Shown: positions 18,006 through 27,422, counted from the stretch's first letter. The stretch: DNA of 64,000 bases from Candidatus Microgenomates bacterium (GCA_016188915.1 JACPGU010000002.1:158346-222345), one strand, 5' to 3'. Made by a program: numbers and translations. Notes: generated from the letters alone by a model not told the origin.

Positions 18006-19841
18006 ATGAAGCGACTCGCTGCCGTTTTCTTGTTGTTCGCGTCGATATTTCAGGTAAGTATAATTGAAAGGCCGGCGTGGATTTTGTGGGGGAATCCGGA
18101 AGGGATCGAGTTTGACCCGAGCTTCAATGTCTACATCAACCACAACACCAGATCGGAAATGTGGCGCCATCAAGAAGCCGACCCAGAAAAAAGGGCGGAA
18201 CTTCTTGCTCCGGAACACATTCCCGTGAAAAAGACAGTAAAGATAGGGCTTAAAAAGCTCGTCTTTATCAATCAGGAGCGGTACATTTTCTTGGCGCTTG
18301 GAGCAAGTCAAGTGCTCGATAAGCGTCGGTTCGTTCTCATTAATGTTGAGCAGACGCTCAACGAGAGGTTGGGCGCTGACGACAAACAGTATCGCGTTTG
18401 GCCTCATCTCGGTCTTATCTCTGTCGGCACTGTTGCGTATGAAGAGGGCTGGGAAGTGGTTTTGTGGGATGAATTGGTCGCGGGGTACGCGCCGATAGAG
18501 GAGTTGATTCATCGGGGCGATATTTTGGGGTTAAGTCTTGTTGCCACGGGGATTGAGCGCGGGATAGACATGGCTCATAGGGCAAAGAGCTTGGGAGCGC
18601 GCTATATCATTGCCGGCAACGATTCGGCGATATTCCGAGCTAACCAAATCCTTTCTCTGCCGGGAAAGCCAATTGATGCGGTTTTTACCTCTAACGATAT
18701 TGCCGCCATCAGAGGATTCTTTCGGCAGATAGATACTGCTGGTTTTGACCATATCAATATCCCTGGTGTTCAGACGATGCCCGGACAATTGGTGCGTTCA
18801 AACGAGCGAAAATATCTACTTCGCGAGTTATTGGAGCGCAAACAGGCGAGAACCAAGGCCGATGTGTTTATCGTCCCGAGGATTGAACTCTATCCTCATT
18901 GGAGCGAAGTGTGGGCGAACTATCGGAAAACATTTGGCCACAAACACAGCAATCCCAATACGGTCAAAAACGCAATCTCGCTTCTTGCTCAGGGGTGTAC
19001 GCGAACTCGTGGCACGGATGTTTGCAGTTATTGCAGTATTGCCGATGTGGCCGACATCAACATGCCATCTCGAGATTACTTGGCGCATACCTTTGAGGCC
19101 TACGAGAGCTTCGGGGTCGATATGGTCTACAATGCCACCGACAGTATTTACGAAATGCGATCGGTCGCACGCGTCCTGCAAGAGCTGGGAATATCATGGC
19201 CGGCGATGACGATCTACGGGCGATCCCAGGGTGTTGCGCAAAACCCTCGTTTACTGGAAGAGTGGCAGAAGATCGCCACCGAGAGATTGCTTGTCAATAT
19301 CGGCATGGATTCTGGAAATGAACAGATTTTGCAACGAGGAGTTACCAAGTCATCCACGATCCATGGCTCGCGTCTTGAAGAAAACAGACAAGCAGTGAGA
19401 TCTATCCGCAAGGCCGGCGCGCACCTACATTATTCTTTAATTTTCGGATCTCCCGGCGAAACGCGAAAGACCTGCGAAGAGAGCATCGTTTTTCTCGAGT
19501 GGACAACGGAGGAACTTGGCGACCAGCTGGATATTTGTGAAACAGATATCTATTGGTTGACATACGGCGCTCCCGTCGCGCGCATTTTCAGTGACTATGG
19601 CTACGCGCAAGAGCTCTCCGCTATTGCTCGGAAGACCATTTCTCGCGACGAATGGGGGAGGGGATTTGCAACCCACGCGGACAAACTGGTTGTCCCACGG
19701 CAAGTCGAAGAGGCGTGGTATCGACATTTTACCGATATCGACCTCGATGTCGCTAACGAATTTAACGATCGGGCCGCGACTATCATGGAGCGCCATACTG
19801 GCAGTATTCGTGGTAGGGCGTTTCGTCCTGATTCTACGTGA
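18006..19841 (+). CDS. GC-rich (about 53%) B12-binding-domain radical-SAM-like enzyme (class B rSAM-like, non-canonical Cys motif); probable horizontally acquired gene
   Basis: The start is chosen at MKRLAAVF after the RBS aaaggagag (the track ORF starts at 17940). The N-terminal half is Rossmann/B12-like (LGLISVGTVAYEEGWEVVLWDE...GDILGLSLVATGIERGIDMAHRAKSLGARYIIAGN). The Cys cluster AQGCTRTRGTDVCSYCS has CX8CX2C spacing. IGMDSGNEQILQRG resembles the rSAM GxESGS SAM-binding motif. GC is clearly above the flanks (53% in a 60-nt sample at 18361-18420). Confidence 0.5.
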   Translation: MKRLAAVFLLFASIFQVSIIERPAWILWGNPEGIEFDPSFNVYINHNTRSEMWRHQEADPEKRAELLAPEHIPVKKTVKIGLKKLVFINQERYIFLALGASQVLDKRRFVLINVEQTLNERLGADDKQYRVWPHLGLISVGTVAYEEGWEVVLWDELVAGYAPIEELIHRGDILGLSLVATGIERGIDMAHRAKSLGARYIIAGNDSAIFRANQILSLPGKPIDAVFTSNDIAAIRGFFRQIDTAGFDHINIPGVQTMPGQLVRSNERKYLLRELLERKQARTKADVFIVPRIELYPHWSEVWANYRKTFGHKHSNPNTVKNAISLLAQGCTRTRGTDVCSYCSIADVADINMPSRDYLAHTFEAYESFGVDMVYNATDSIYEMRSVARVLQELGISWPAMTIYGRSQGVAQNPRLLEEWQKIATERLLVNIGMDSGNEQILQRGVTKSSTIHGSRLEENRQAVRSIRKAGAHLHYSLIFGSPGETRKTCEESIVFLEWTTEELGDQLDICETDIYWLTYGAPVARIFSDYGYAQELSAIARKTISRDEWGRGFATHADKLVVPRQVEEAWYRHFTDIDLDVANEFNDRAATIMERHTGSIRGRAFRPDST

Positions 19842-19915
19842 ATCATCAAATGGCGGTCTTCCCGCTAGCCCCGGCCCTTGTGGTCGGGTTTTTGTTTTTG
19901 CAAGTTAATTTACAT

Positions 19916-20155
19916 TTACAGCTTTTTGTACACTTTGCCACGAAATTCAATATAAACAGGAATACCACGCTCGTCTTTTTTACTAAAAATTATCCTGATT
20001 TTACCAGATCGGATACGCCAAAGGTCTTTTTGCCCAGCTAATTTTTCCAGGTCATAACTGCCAATATGAAGAGTGGCGATATCAGTCAAAATTTGCGCTA
20101 TCTTGAGAGCAGTTTTCTTATCGAGCTTTTTTAAGAATTTTTCGATCTGGTCCAT
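19916..20155 (-). CDS. Type II toxin, RelE/ParE family
   Basis: 79 aa. KFLKKLDKKTALKIAQIL...DLWRIRSGKIRIIFSKKDERGIPVYIEFRGKVY matches the RelE/ParE fold pattern (R..GDYRIIY...). Confidence 0.65.
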   Translation of the reverse strand: MDQIEKFLKKLDKKTALKIAQILTDIATLHIGSYDLEKLAGQKDLWRIRSGKIRIIFSKKDERGIPVYIEFRGKVYKKL

Positions 20156-20387
20156 GGAGGGCTTTGATTTTGGTAAGAATTTTTTCTACGGGTAATCCTT
20201 TTTCGCAATAAAGGCCGAAGCCATCTTTATTCTCAAAATAAACCACCTCCTCTTTTTTTAAAGGTTTGATGAGCAGACCTTCTTCAGTTTCTTCAGCGAG
20301 AAAGTGTTTAGTAGCCACTTTATCCCGCCACGTCTTCGGCAGAGTTACTTGCCCAGTGTTAAAAACCTTCAAAGTAAATGTTTCCAT
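20118..20387 (-). CDS. Putative antitoxin (AbrB/MazE-like, SpoVT family) paired with RelE/ParE toxin
   Basis: The start is chosen at METFTLKVFNTGQVTLPKTWRDKV (swapped-hairpin-like motif). It lies upstream of and overlapping the toxin gene. Confidence 0.5.
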   Translation of the reverse strand: METFTLKVFNTGQVTLPKTWRDKVATKHFLAEETEEGLLIKPLKKEEVVYFENKDGFGLYCEKGLPVEKILTKIKALHGPDRKILKKAR

Positions 20388-20487
20388 AGATTTTACCTCA
20401 TTCTCTAATTTAGTCAATATAGCTATAATTATGTCTATAATTCTACACACAAGAAAACATGAAGTCAAGAAAAATTTTCGTGCCTAA

Positions 20488-21627
20488 TTAAAGCACAGTA
20501 TTGTCAGCCACCACCCTATTCCTCCCCTCTCTTTTGGCGCGGTAGAGAGCAATATCTGCGCGTTGCAGAATCTTTGTCAAGCCTTCCCTACCTGAAGCAA
20601 CACCGATACTGACAGTGATGCTCCCTGCCGAGATTTCCGGAATAAATACTGTTTTTTCGCAGACTTGCCGGATACTTTCAGCGATTCTTTTGGCTTCTTC
20701 TAGCTCTTTTTCCAAAATTATCGCAAATTCTTCTCCGCCGAGACGAAACGCCACTCCCTCTGCTTCCTGTAATATCCTGGCTAGCCCCACTAACACCTCG
20801 TCTCCTTTGGCGTGGCCTAAGGCATCATTGACCTTTTTGAAAAAATCGATATCAAGCGCGATGACGGAATATGTGACTTCAGGCTTCAGCTCTTTTTCCC
20901 ATTCATGCCAATACCGGCGGTTGAAAAGTCCCGTGAGAGGGTCTATGATGGCTCTTTCTGTTTGCTTTTGGGCGTAAAGATGACTTGCGGTCAAGTGGCA
21001 AAGTGTTTTGAAAAAGCCGTAATCCTCACGGGAAAATTCTTTGGCGGAGGCGCCAAAAATAGCGCCGAAATTTTCGGAGGCAAAGGTAAGACGACAACCC
21101 ATCAGATTTTTCGGTAGGATTTCGCTTCTACCAAATCTGTCATCAGACGCAGTATTGTTGGAAAGAAATGGCAGAGAAATACCGGACAAAATTTCTTCTT
21201 CCGCGCGACGAAAAGTGCCTCGCGGGAAAGCGAGGCGAAAACCATTCAAGAAGTCCTCTCCACCAGCGAAAATATCGCGCAGTTTTTCCATGACTGCAAA
21301 TTGATGATTTCTTTTCTTGATTTTTTCAAAAATAGTTCCCAGCGCGCCGCCAAGCGCTAAATAAAATATAACGGTGGCAAAGAGGTCTATTTCTCTGGCG
21401 CCGATCCCATTTCTTTCTATAGAGAGAAAAATAAAAGGCGCGAGAAAGTAGGAGGAAGCCACTGCCGTCCAGAGGCCACCTTCGGTTCCGTACCAAAAAG
21501 CGCCGAGAACAATAGACGCAAAAAGCAAAAAACGCGCCGACAAATTAGCGTCAATAGCGGTAACTTGACCGGTATAAAGCAGAAAAACGCAAGCCAGAAC
21601 AGCAACAGTAATAAGGGAATGTTTCAT
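20488..21627 (-). CDS. Membrane-anchored GGDEF-domain diguanylate cyclase
   Basis: It has N-terminal TM helices. The GGDEF domain carries the active-site RLGGEEFAII (GGEEF) and the upstream motif GLFNRRYW...DIDFFKKVNDALGH. Confidence 0.9.
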   Translation of the reverse strand: MKHSLITVAVLACVFLLYTGQVTAIDANLSARFLLFASIVLGAFWYGTEGGLWTAVASSYFLAPFIFLSIERNGIGAREIDLFATVIFYLALGGALGTIFEKIKKRNHQFAVMEKLRDIFAGGEDFLNGFRLAFPRGTFRRAEEEILSGISLPFLSNNTASDDRFGRSEILPKNLMGCRLTFASENFGAIFGASAKEFSREDYGFFKTLCHLTASHLYAQKQTERAIIDPLTGLFNRRYWHEWEKELKPEVTYSVIALDIDFFKKVNDALGHAKGDEVLVGLARILQEAEGVAFRLGGEEFAIILEKELEEAKRIAESIRQVCEKTVFIPEISAGSITVSIGVASGREGLTKILQRADIALYRAKREGRNRVVADNTVL

Positions 21628-22409
21628 AACAAAATATTAACGAAAACCAGGACGATGGCAGAAGCGACAGTGGAAGGGATCAGGCTTTTGGTTCGTTCTG
21701 CCAGATAACAAAAGACGAAACCTTCAAAAACAACGTAATAAATAGCGGAAGCCAAAAGTCCCCGACTGGCAAAATAGACAGGATTAGTGAGGAACGGCAA
21801 GAGATAAAAAGTGGTAGAAATGATAGTGGCAACAAGAAAAGAAAAATTGTTTTTTTGACGCAACCGCAGGAAAAGCATCCCACGAAAAAATATCTCCATG
21901 CCCAGAACGCCAAAGGCTATCTCTGGTAGGATTTTGACCCAAAGATTGGACCAGACGATAGGCGGAAAAGTAAAGCTAGCTAGATAAAAAGTAGCAAGCA
22001 TGTGAGAGACGACAATAGTGGCGACGAAAATACCCAGCGTGATATTTGATAGCAACTTCTTGGGAGAAAAGCCAAATTTACCAGAGCTTTGACGGTGGTA
22101 ATAGAAAATAGCGCCGAAGACAGGCCAGAATGCAGGAATTATGAAGTATGAATTATGAAGTACGAAAACAGCAAGAAGAAATAGCGAGATAACGATGACA
22201 GCGCGAGGAAAACTTTTCAAAATTATGCCGAGTGGGAGAAGAAAGAAAAGAATTATTTGCGTAGCGTTAAGTATCGGCGAGAGCATATTTTCCGGCAATG
22301 CTCTGCGGGCAAAAAATTCTATACTGATATTAGTTACCGCCAAAAGAAAAACCACTATTGTTAGTCGGTCAATACTGATACCGTTTGTCTCTTTTGGCTT
22401 TTTCTCCAT
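21624..22409 (-). CDS. Polytopic membrane protein, CPBP (CAAX protease)-like
   Basis: 261 aa and multi-TM. MEIFFRGMLF resembles CPBP motif 1 (EExxFRG). The downstream His motifs are degenerate. There is a 4-nt ATGA overlap with the GGDEF gene. Confidence 0.45.
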   Translation of the reverse strand: MEKKPKETNGISIDRLTIVVFLLAVTNISIEFFARRALPENMLSPILNATQIILFFLLPLGIILKSFPRAVIVISLFLLAVFVLHNSYFIIPAFWPVFGAIFYYHRQSSGKFGFSPKKLLSNITLGIFVATIVVSHMLATFYLASFTFPPIVWSNLWVKILPEIAFGVLGMEIFFRGMLFLRLRQKNNFSFLVATIISTTFYLLPFLTNPVYFASRGLLASAIYYVVFEGFVFCYLAERTKSLIPSTVASAIVLVFVNILL

Positions 22410-22448
22410 AGAGCCATTTTAACATAACAAAGGTGTTATGATGGTAGT

Positions 22449-23924
22449 ATGAAAAATATTTTCACTCCGTCAAAAATTTTTCTCTACCTTTTGCTTTCTT
22501 TTATTGCGGGGGTATTTTTGGCGCCACTAGCGCCGATGACTGGGATAATTTTGGCAGGAGCTTTTGTCGTCGCTTTTTCTTTATTTTTTCCAAAACCCGT
22601 CCCAATAATCTCAATCGTCTTGGTCTCCCTAATGATTCTGGGTTTCCTCCGCTATCAATTGTATTTACCAAAAATCGACGCGGGTCATATCGGCTTTTAC
22701 AACGGTCAGGAATTAGTTGTCGATGGGATCGTCGATGCGGAACCAAGCAATGACGATACAAAACTCAAAGTCCAAATCTCAAAGATCAAGATCCGGACAG
22801 AAAAAGAATTTTTGAGTCTCAAAGGAGATATTCTAGCTGAACTGCCAAGAAATGTGGATGTGAAATACGGCGACCAGATTCGCTTCAAAGCCAAGCTCAA
22901 AAAGCCGACTGATAGTATAGACTTCTCTTATTCCAATTATTTGGCCAAAGCGGGGATCTATAGCATCGCGCAAAATGTAGAAAAATTTGAAATCATCGCG
23001 AGCGGCAAAGGCTCGTTAATAGTTTCCGCACTTTATCAAACTAAAGCGGCTTTCGTGGAAAAAATAAAAAAGATTTTTCCCGAACCGCACGCGGGGATGA
23101 TTCAAGGATTGATCTTGGGTGGGAAGGGCACTCTGCCTGATTATTTGGTCGCGCTCTTCCAAATCGTTGGTATCACGCATATAGTGGCTATTTCCGGCTA
23201 CAATATTTCTATCCTGGCCAAAATTTCCGAGGGGCTTATCGGGCGCTGGCATCGAAAGCTATCTCTCTGGGGAACTTTGTTCCTCATCGCGGGGCTGGTC
23301 ATTATTACTGGCGCGCAAGCTTCAGTAGTTCGCGCCGGGATTATGGGAGCGGTTCTGGTTTTGGCGGGGTTTGTTGATCGCAAAAACAACCCTCTCAACG
23401 CGCTTGTTTTGGTCGGCACGATAATGATATTCTTCAATCCTCTTATCCTGCGAGACGATGTGGGCTTCCAGCTTTCCTTTTTGGCGACGCTCGGCATCGT
23501 ACTTTTTTTTCCTATTTTTTCACATATTTTTCGCAAAGTGCCGGAGCCTTTTTCTGAAGCTTTGTCGGCCACGCTAGCCGCGCAGACGCTGGCTCTGCCT
23601 ATCTTGATTACCAATTTCGGCGCGCTATCTCTCATCTCCCCTTTGGCCAATATGATTATTTTGCCTTTGATACCGGTCGCTATGACGCTCGGATTTTTCT
23701 CAGGCGTTTTGGCCTTCATTAATCTTTATCTTGGGCAGATGCTAGCTTTTTTCGGCTACGCGGTGTTAGATTTGATAATCAAAATCTCTGAATTTTTGGC
23801 GCGTATCCCCTACGCGTATCTGGAAATAAAAAGTGGCAAACTGGCAGTATGGTTGATATGGTGTGTTATACTATTGGTATTATTAGTAGCCAAACGAAAG
23901 GAGACACTATGGAAGAAGAAATGA
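22449..23924 (+). CDS. comEC: ComEC/Rec2 competence protein, membrane channel part (no fused MBL domain)
   Basis: 491 aa. It has an N-terminal DUF4131-like segment, a multi-TM competence domain, and the ComEC-like motif HIVAISGYNISIL. Confidence 0.75.
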   Translation: MKNIFTPSKIFLYLLLSFIAGVFLAPLAPMTGIILAGAFVVAFSLFFPKPVPIISIVLVSLMILGFLRYQLYLPKIDAGHIGFYNGQELVVDGIVDAEPSNDDTKLKVQISKIKIRTEKEFLSLKGDILAELPRNVDVKYGDQIRFKAKLKKPTDSIDFSYSNYLAKAGIYSIAQNVEKFEIIASGKGSLIVSALYQTKAAFVEKIKKIFPEPHAGMIQGLILGGKGTLPDYLVALFQIVGITHIVAISGYNISILAKISEGLIGRWHRKLSLWGTLFLIAGLVIITGAQASVVRAGIMGAVLVLAGFVDRKNNPLNALVLVGTIMIFFNPLILRDDVGFQLSFLATLGIVLFFPIFSHIFRKVPEPFSEALSATLAAQTLALPILITNFGALSLISPLANMIILPLIPVAMTLGFFSGVLAFINLYLGQMLAFFGYAVLDLIIKISEFLARIPYAYLEIKSGKLAVWLIWCVILLVLLVAKRKETLWKKK

Positions 23925-24142
23925 AAGATGTCGCTCCCGCGTGTTCAGCCTGTGGCGGAGTAACCGCTGGTTGCAAATGCGAAGCTTGTGGCCTTGATGC
24001 CGAAGGTAGCAGTTGCGGTTGTGAGTGTGGCGCTACCTCTTGCAAGCCAAAGTGCGCGTCTTGCGGAGAAGCAGACTCCAAGTGCGCTTGCCAGAGGATA
24101 GAAGCGGAAGCGCCGGCCCCAGAAGCCGCTCCGGCAATGTAG
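23909..24142 (+). CDS. Cysteine-rich small protein (about 77 aa, at least 14 Cys), metallothionein-like
   Basis: The sequence is MEEEMKDVAPACSACGGVTAGCKCEACGLDAEGSSCGCECGATSCKPKCASCGEADSKCACQRIEAEAPAPEAAPAM, with CxC/CxxC clusters. The RBS aaaggag sits 7 nt upstream of the ATG. GC is locally elevated. A terminator follows. Confidence 0.45.
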   Translation: MEEEMKDVAPACSACGGVTAGCKCEACGLDAEGSSCGCECGATSCKPKCASCGEADSKCACQRIEAEAPAPEAAPAM

Positions 24143-24163
24143 CTTTTGATTGTCAAAACAAAA

Positions 24164-24198
24164 AACAAGTCCCGGTATCACTGGGGCTTGTTTTTTTT
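24164..24198 (+). terminator. Rho-independent terminator after Cys-rich ORF
   Basis: caagtcccgg-tatcact-ggggcttg followed by tttttttt. Confidence 0.65.
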
Positions 24199-24244
24199 GG
24201 CTTTGTACGTTATAATTTATGGCAATTATTTTTAAATATCTCTT

Positions 24245-25402
24245 ATGTCGCAAAAATCTTTGGCAAAAAAAGCGGAGGAACTTTTGGCGCTAGCCGATAT
24301 TCAAATCGGCGGGAGCAGACCGTGGGATATTCAAGTGCGCAATCCTCGTCTTTATAAAAGGATCTTGGCTTCCGGGTCGCTCGGCGCCGGCGAAGCCTAT
24401 ATGGACGGCTGGTGGGATTGCGAAGCGCTCGATGTGATGCTTGCCAAGATCATTGAGGCCAATCTAGAGAAAAAGGTAAAAATCAAAACTTTCTTCTGGG
24501 AAGCTCTCAAGGCAAAGACTTTTAATTTCCAAAGCAAAAATCGCGCTTTTGAGATAGGCCAGAAACATTACGACATCGGCAATGATTTATATGAGCGAAT
24601 GCTGGATGAAAAAATGAATTACACTTGCGGTTATTGGAGCGCGCCGAAAAATCCCGCTAAAAATCTGGATGAGGCGCAAGTAGCTAAGCTAGATTTGGTT
24701 TGTCGAAAAATCGGATTGAAAAAAGGTGATCGGGTGCTGGATATCGGTTGCGGTTGGGGCAACAGCGCCAAATATATGGCCGAAAAATACGGTGCTAGCG
24801 TAGTGGGCATTACGGTGTCCCAAGAGCAAAAGAAATTGGGAGACAAACTCTGCGCTGGACTGCCGGTAGAGATTCGTCTCCAAGACTACCGCGACATTGA
24901 CCCTTCGACTTTGCTCGGGACAAGCGAACGATTCGACCACATCATTTCGCTGGGCATGTTCGAGCATGTGGGAGTGAAAAATTATCGCGAGTATATGGAG
25001 ATAGCGTGTCGCTCCCTCAAAGAAGGTGGCATATTTCTCCTGCATACTATCGGTGGAGCGTATTCTGTGGGTGGCACCGACCCTTGGATTGCTAAATATA
25101 TTTTTCCCAATTCAATGTTGCCTTCCGTTGCTCAAATCGGCCGTTCTATTGAGGGACTTTTTACTCTGGAAGACTGGCACAATTTCGGCGCTGATTATGA
25201 TCGGACTCTGATGTGTTGGTACGAAAACTTCAATAATCATTGGGATGAAATTAAGGAAAAATACGACGACAGATTTTACCGCATGTGGCGATTTTATCTC
25301 CTTACTTGCGCAGCTTCTTTCCGCACAAGAGCCAATAATCAGCTTTGGCAAATAGTACTCTCCAAAGGTGGAGTGAAGGGTGGATATCGGACGGTAAGAT
25401 AG
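24245..25402 (+). CDS. cfa: Cyclopropane-fatty-acyl-phospholipid synthase (class I SAM-dependent methyltransferase)
   Basis: 385 aa. The SAM-binding motif is VLDIGCGWGNSAKYMAEKYGASVVGITVSQEQ, with CFA-family blocks HIISLGMFEHVG and YRMWRFYL. Confidence 0.9.
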   Translation: MSQKSLAKKAEELLALADIQIGGSRPWDIQVRNPRLYKRILASGSLGAGEAYMDGWWDCEALDVMLAKIIEANLEKKVKIKTFFWEALKAKTFNFQSKNRAFEIGQKHYDIGNDLYERMLDEKMNYTCGYWSAPKNPAKNLDEAQVAKLDLVCRKIGLKKGDRVLDIGCGWGNSAKYMAEKYGASVVGITVSQEQKKLGDKLCAGLPVEIRLQDYRDIDPSTLLGTSERFDHIISLGMFEHVGVKNYREYMEIACRSLKEGGIFLLHTIGGAYSVGGTDPWIAKYIFPNSMLPSVAQIGRSIEGLFTLEDWHNFGADYDRTLMCWYENFNNHWDEIKEKYDDRFYRMWRFYLLTCAASFRTRANNQLWQIVLSKGGVKGGYRTVR

Positions 25403-25420
25403 TTTTGTTATACTGGGAGT

Positions 25421-26302
25421 ATGAGGAAAAATAAAAATCAAATCACCTTTACCGCGCTTCTCGCTATCGCGCTGGCGGTATTTTTCTTTTTGCAACAATA
25501 TTCCAAGGCTAATACGCCGGCGGGAGAAGGCTTGCGCGTTTGGTTCTTTGACGTCGGACAGGGAGACGGTATCTTTTTTCGTACAGCTGAAGGAGTGGAT
25601 GTTTTGATTGACGGTGGACCGGGTTCGTCAGTAATAGAGAAACTAGCGAAAGTTCTGCCGGCTTGGGACAAACAAATTGACTACGTCTTTCTCACGCATC
25701 CTCACGCCGATCATTTGGAAGGCTTGATTGAGGTTCTGCAAAGATACGAAGTGAGTAATTTTATTGAGTCGGGGTTTGTGGCCAAAACTGCCGGTTATGA
25801 AAGATTAGAAAAAGAAGCGATGAGCGGAGGGGAGAAAAAAATCATCGCCAAAACCGGCGATCGGTTTGATTTCGGTTCGGACGTTACGGCAGAAGTTTTT
25901 TGGCCAGAGCCGGGGATATTGTCCTCGGCTACCGACACGAACGATTCTTCCATCGTCATGAAATTGTCTTACGGCGAGATAGATTTTTTACTGACTGGCG
26001 ATGCTACGGAAACGGTGGAAAAAGGTTTGCTGGACGATGATTTGAACAGTGAGTTTTTGAAAGTAGCGCATCATGGCTCGCGTTATGCCTCAACCACCGC
26101 TTTTTTGCAAAAAGCGAGTCCTCTAGTTTCTTTTATTTCTTCTGGGAAGGGCAATACCTATGGGCACCCCGCGCCGGAAGCATTACAAAGATTAATCACT
26201 GCGGGCAGTCGCGTCCTGCGCACGGATCTGTCGGGAACGATCGAGGTAGAGGTGGGCAGAGACGGGAGGTGGAAGATCGTTTGCGAAAAGACTTGCAAGT
26301 AA
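25421..26302 (+). CDS. MBL-fold metallo-hydrolase, ComEC C-terminal-domain-like (stand-alone)
   Basis: 293 aa with an N-terminal TM. The motifs DVGQGDGIFFRTAEGVDVLIDGGPG and VFLTHPHADHLEGL are as in the ComEC beta-lactamase domain. Confidence 0.75.
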   Translation: MRKNKNQITFTALLAIALAVFFFLQQYSKANTPAGEGLRVWFFDVGQGDGIFFRTAEGVDVLIDGGPGSSVIEKLAKVLPAWDKQIDYVFLTHPHADHLEGLIEVLQRYEVSNFIESGFVAKTAGYERLEKEAMSGGEKKIIAKTGDRFDFGSDVTAEVFWPEPGILSSATDTNDSSIVMKLSYGEIDFLLTGDATETVEKGLLDDDLNSEFLKVAHHGSRYASTTAFLQKASPLVSFISSGKGNTYGHPAPEALQRLITAGSRVLRTDLSGTIEVEVGRDGRWKIVCEKTCK

Positions 26303-26515
26303 CTATAAGGAATTTTTAATTTTTTAATTTTTGTAATTTTTAAAATAATTTTTAAATCTTAATTTCTAAACCTGCTTCATTATAGTCTTCATAGTCTTCG
26401 CGAAGCGAGCATTAAAAATTTCATCATTATTTATAAAATTCAAAAATTGACAACGGTATTGAGAACGTCTTTACTAAGGGCTAAAATATTAAGATACTAG
26501 AACTAAGCATCCATT

Positions 26516-27262
26516 ATGTCCGGTCATTCCAAATGGCATAATATTCAGGTCAGAAAAGGCAAACAAGATGCTAAAAGGGCGGGAGCCTTTACGGCGCTTT
26601 CCCGCGCTATCACTGCCGCGGCTCGCGAGGGCGGGGGTGATATTAATATGAATTTCAAACTGCGCATCGCGGTAGAGAGAGCGAAAGCTGTTTCTATGCC
26701 CAAGGATAATATCCAAAAAGCCATTGATCGCGGGACAGGCGCGGGTAGCGGTGTGGCCTTGGTAGCGATAAGCTATGAGGCCAAAGGTCCAGGCGGGATG
26801 GATATTATTGTGGACTGTTTGACAGATAACAAAAATAGAACGGCCTCGGAAATTAAGCATATTTTTACCAAAAACGGAGGAACAGTTGGAGCGCCAGGTT
26901 CGGTTGGTTGGAATTTTGAACAAAAAGGAGTTGTAGTCATAAATCCAAAATCGAAAAACCAAATGCCAAGTCAAGCCCAAAGCTCAAATGACCAAACTAT
27001 TTTAAAGATTATGGATATTGAGGGAGTTGCCGATGTGGAGGAAGACGAAGATGGGATTGAGATTTATACTGCGCCGAAAGAATTAGCGATGGTAAGCCGG
27101 GCGCTAGAAGAGAAAGATTTCAAAATAGAAAAAGCAGAATTAGTAATGAGTCCCAAAAATACGGTGAAATTGGAAGGAGAAAAAGCCGAGCAAGCACTGA
27201 AATTGCTTGAAGCTCTGGACGACTATGATGATACGGAAAATGTCTGGACGAATTTGGGGTAA
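26516..27262 (+). CDS. yebC: YebC/PmpR family DNA-binding transcriptional regulator
   Basis: The sequence MSGHSKWHNIQVRKGKQDAKRAGAFTALSRAITAAAREGGGDINMNFKLRIAVERAK is a near-canonical YebC N-terminus. Confidence 0.95.
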   Translation: MSGHSKWHNIQVRKGKQDAKRAGAFTALSRAITAAAREGGGDINMNFKLRIAVERAKAVSMPKDNIQKAIDRGTGAGSGVALVAISYEAKGPGGMDIIVDCLTDNKNRTASEIKHIFTKNGGTVGAPGSVGWNFEQKGVVVINPKSKNQMPSQAQSSNDQTILKIMDIEGVADVEEDEDGIEIYTAPKELAMVSRALEEKDFKIEKAELVMSPKNTVKLEGEKAEQALKLLEALDDYDDTENVWTNLG

Positions 27263-27315
27263 AAAAATAAGGATTTCATAATTTTAGATTTTAAATAGCT
27301 ATTTTTACTCAAAGC

Positions 27316-27344
27316 TTGTGGTGGGACGGATAGAGTGGTATAAT
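27316..27344 (+). promoter_or_regulatory. Extended -10 promoter (TTGTGG-17 nt-TGgTATAAT)
   Basis: ttgtgg at 27316-27321, a 17-nt spacer, then TGg+tataat at 27336-27344. It drives the 27423-27671 ORF region, which ends at the 27696-27728 terminator. Confidence 0.5.
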
Positions 27345-27422
27345 AATGCTAGATGAGCTCTATTTTCTAGCCGTTTCGCGTCTCCCCATGTTTTAGTTTT
27401 TAAAAAAGAAAGGGGTGAGGTC

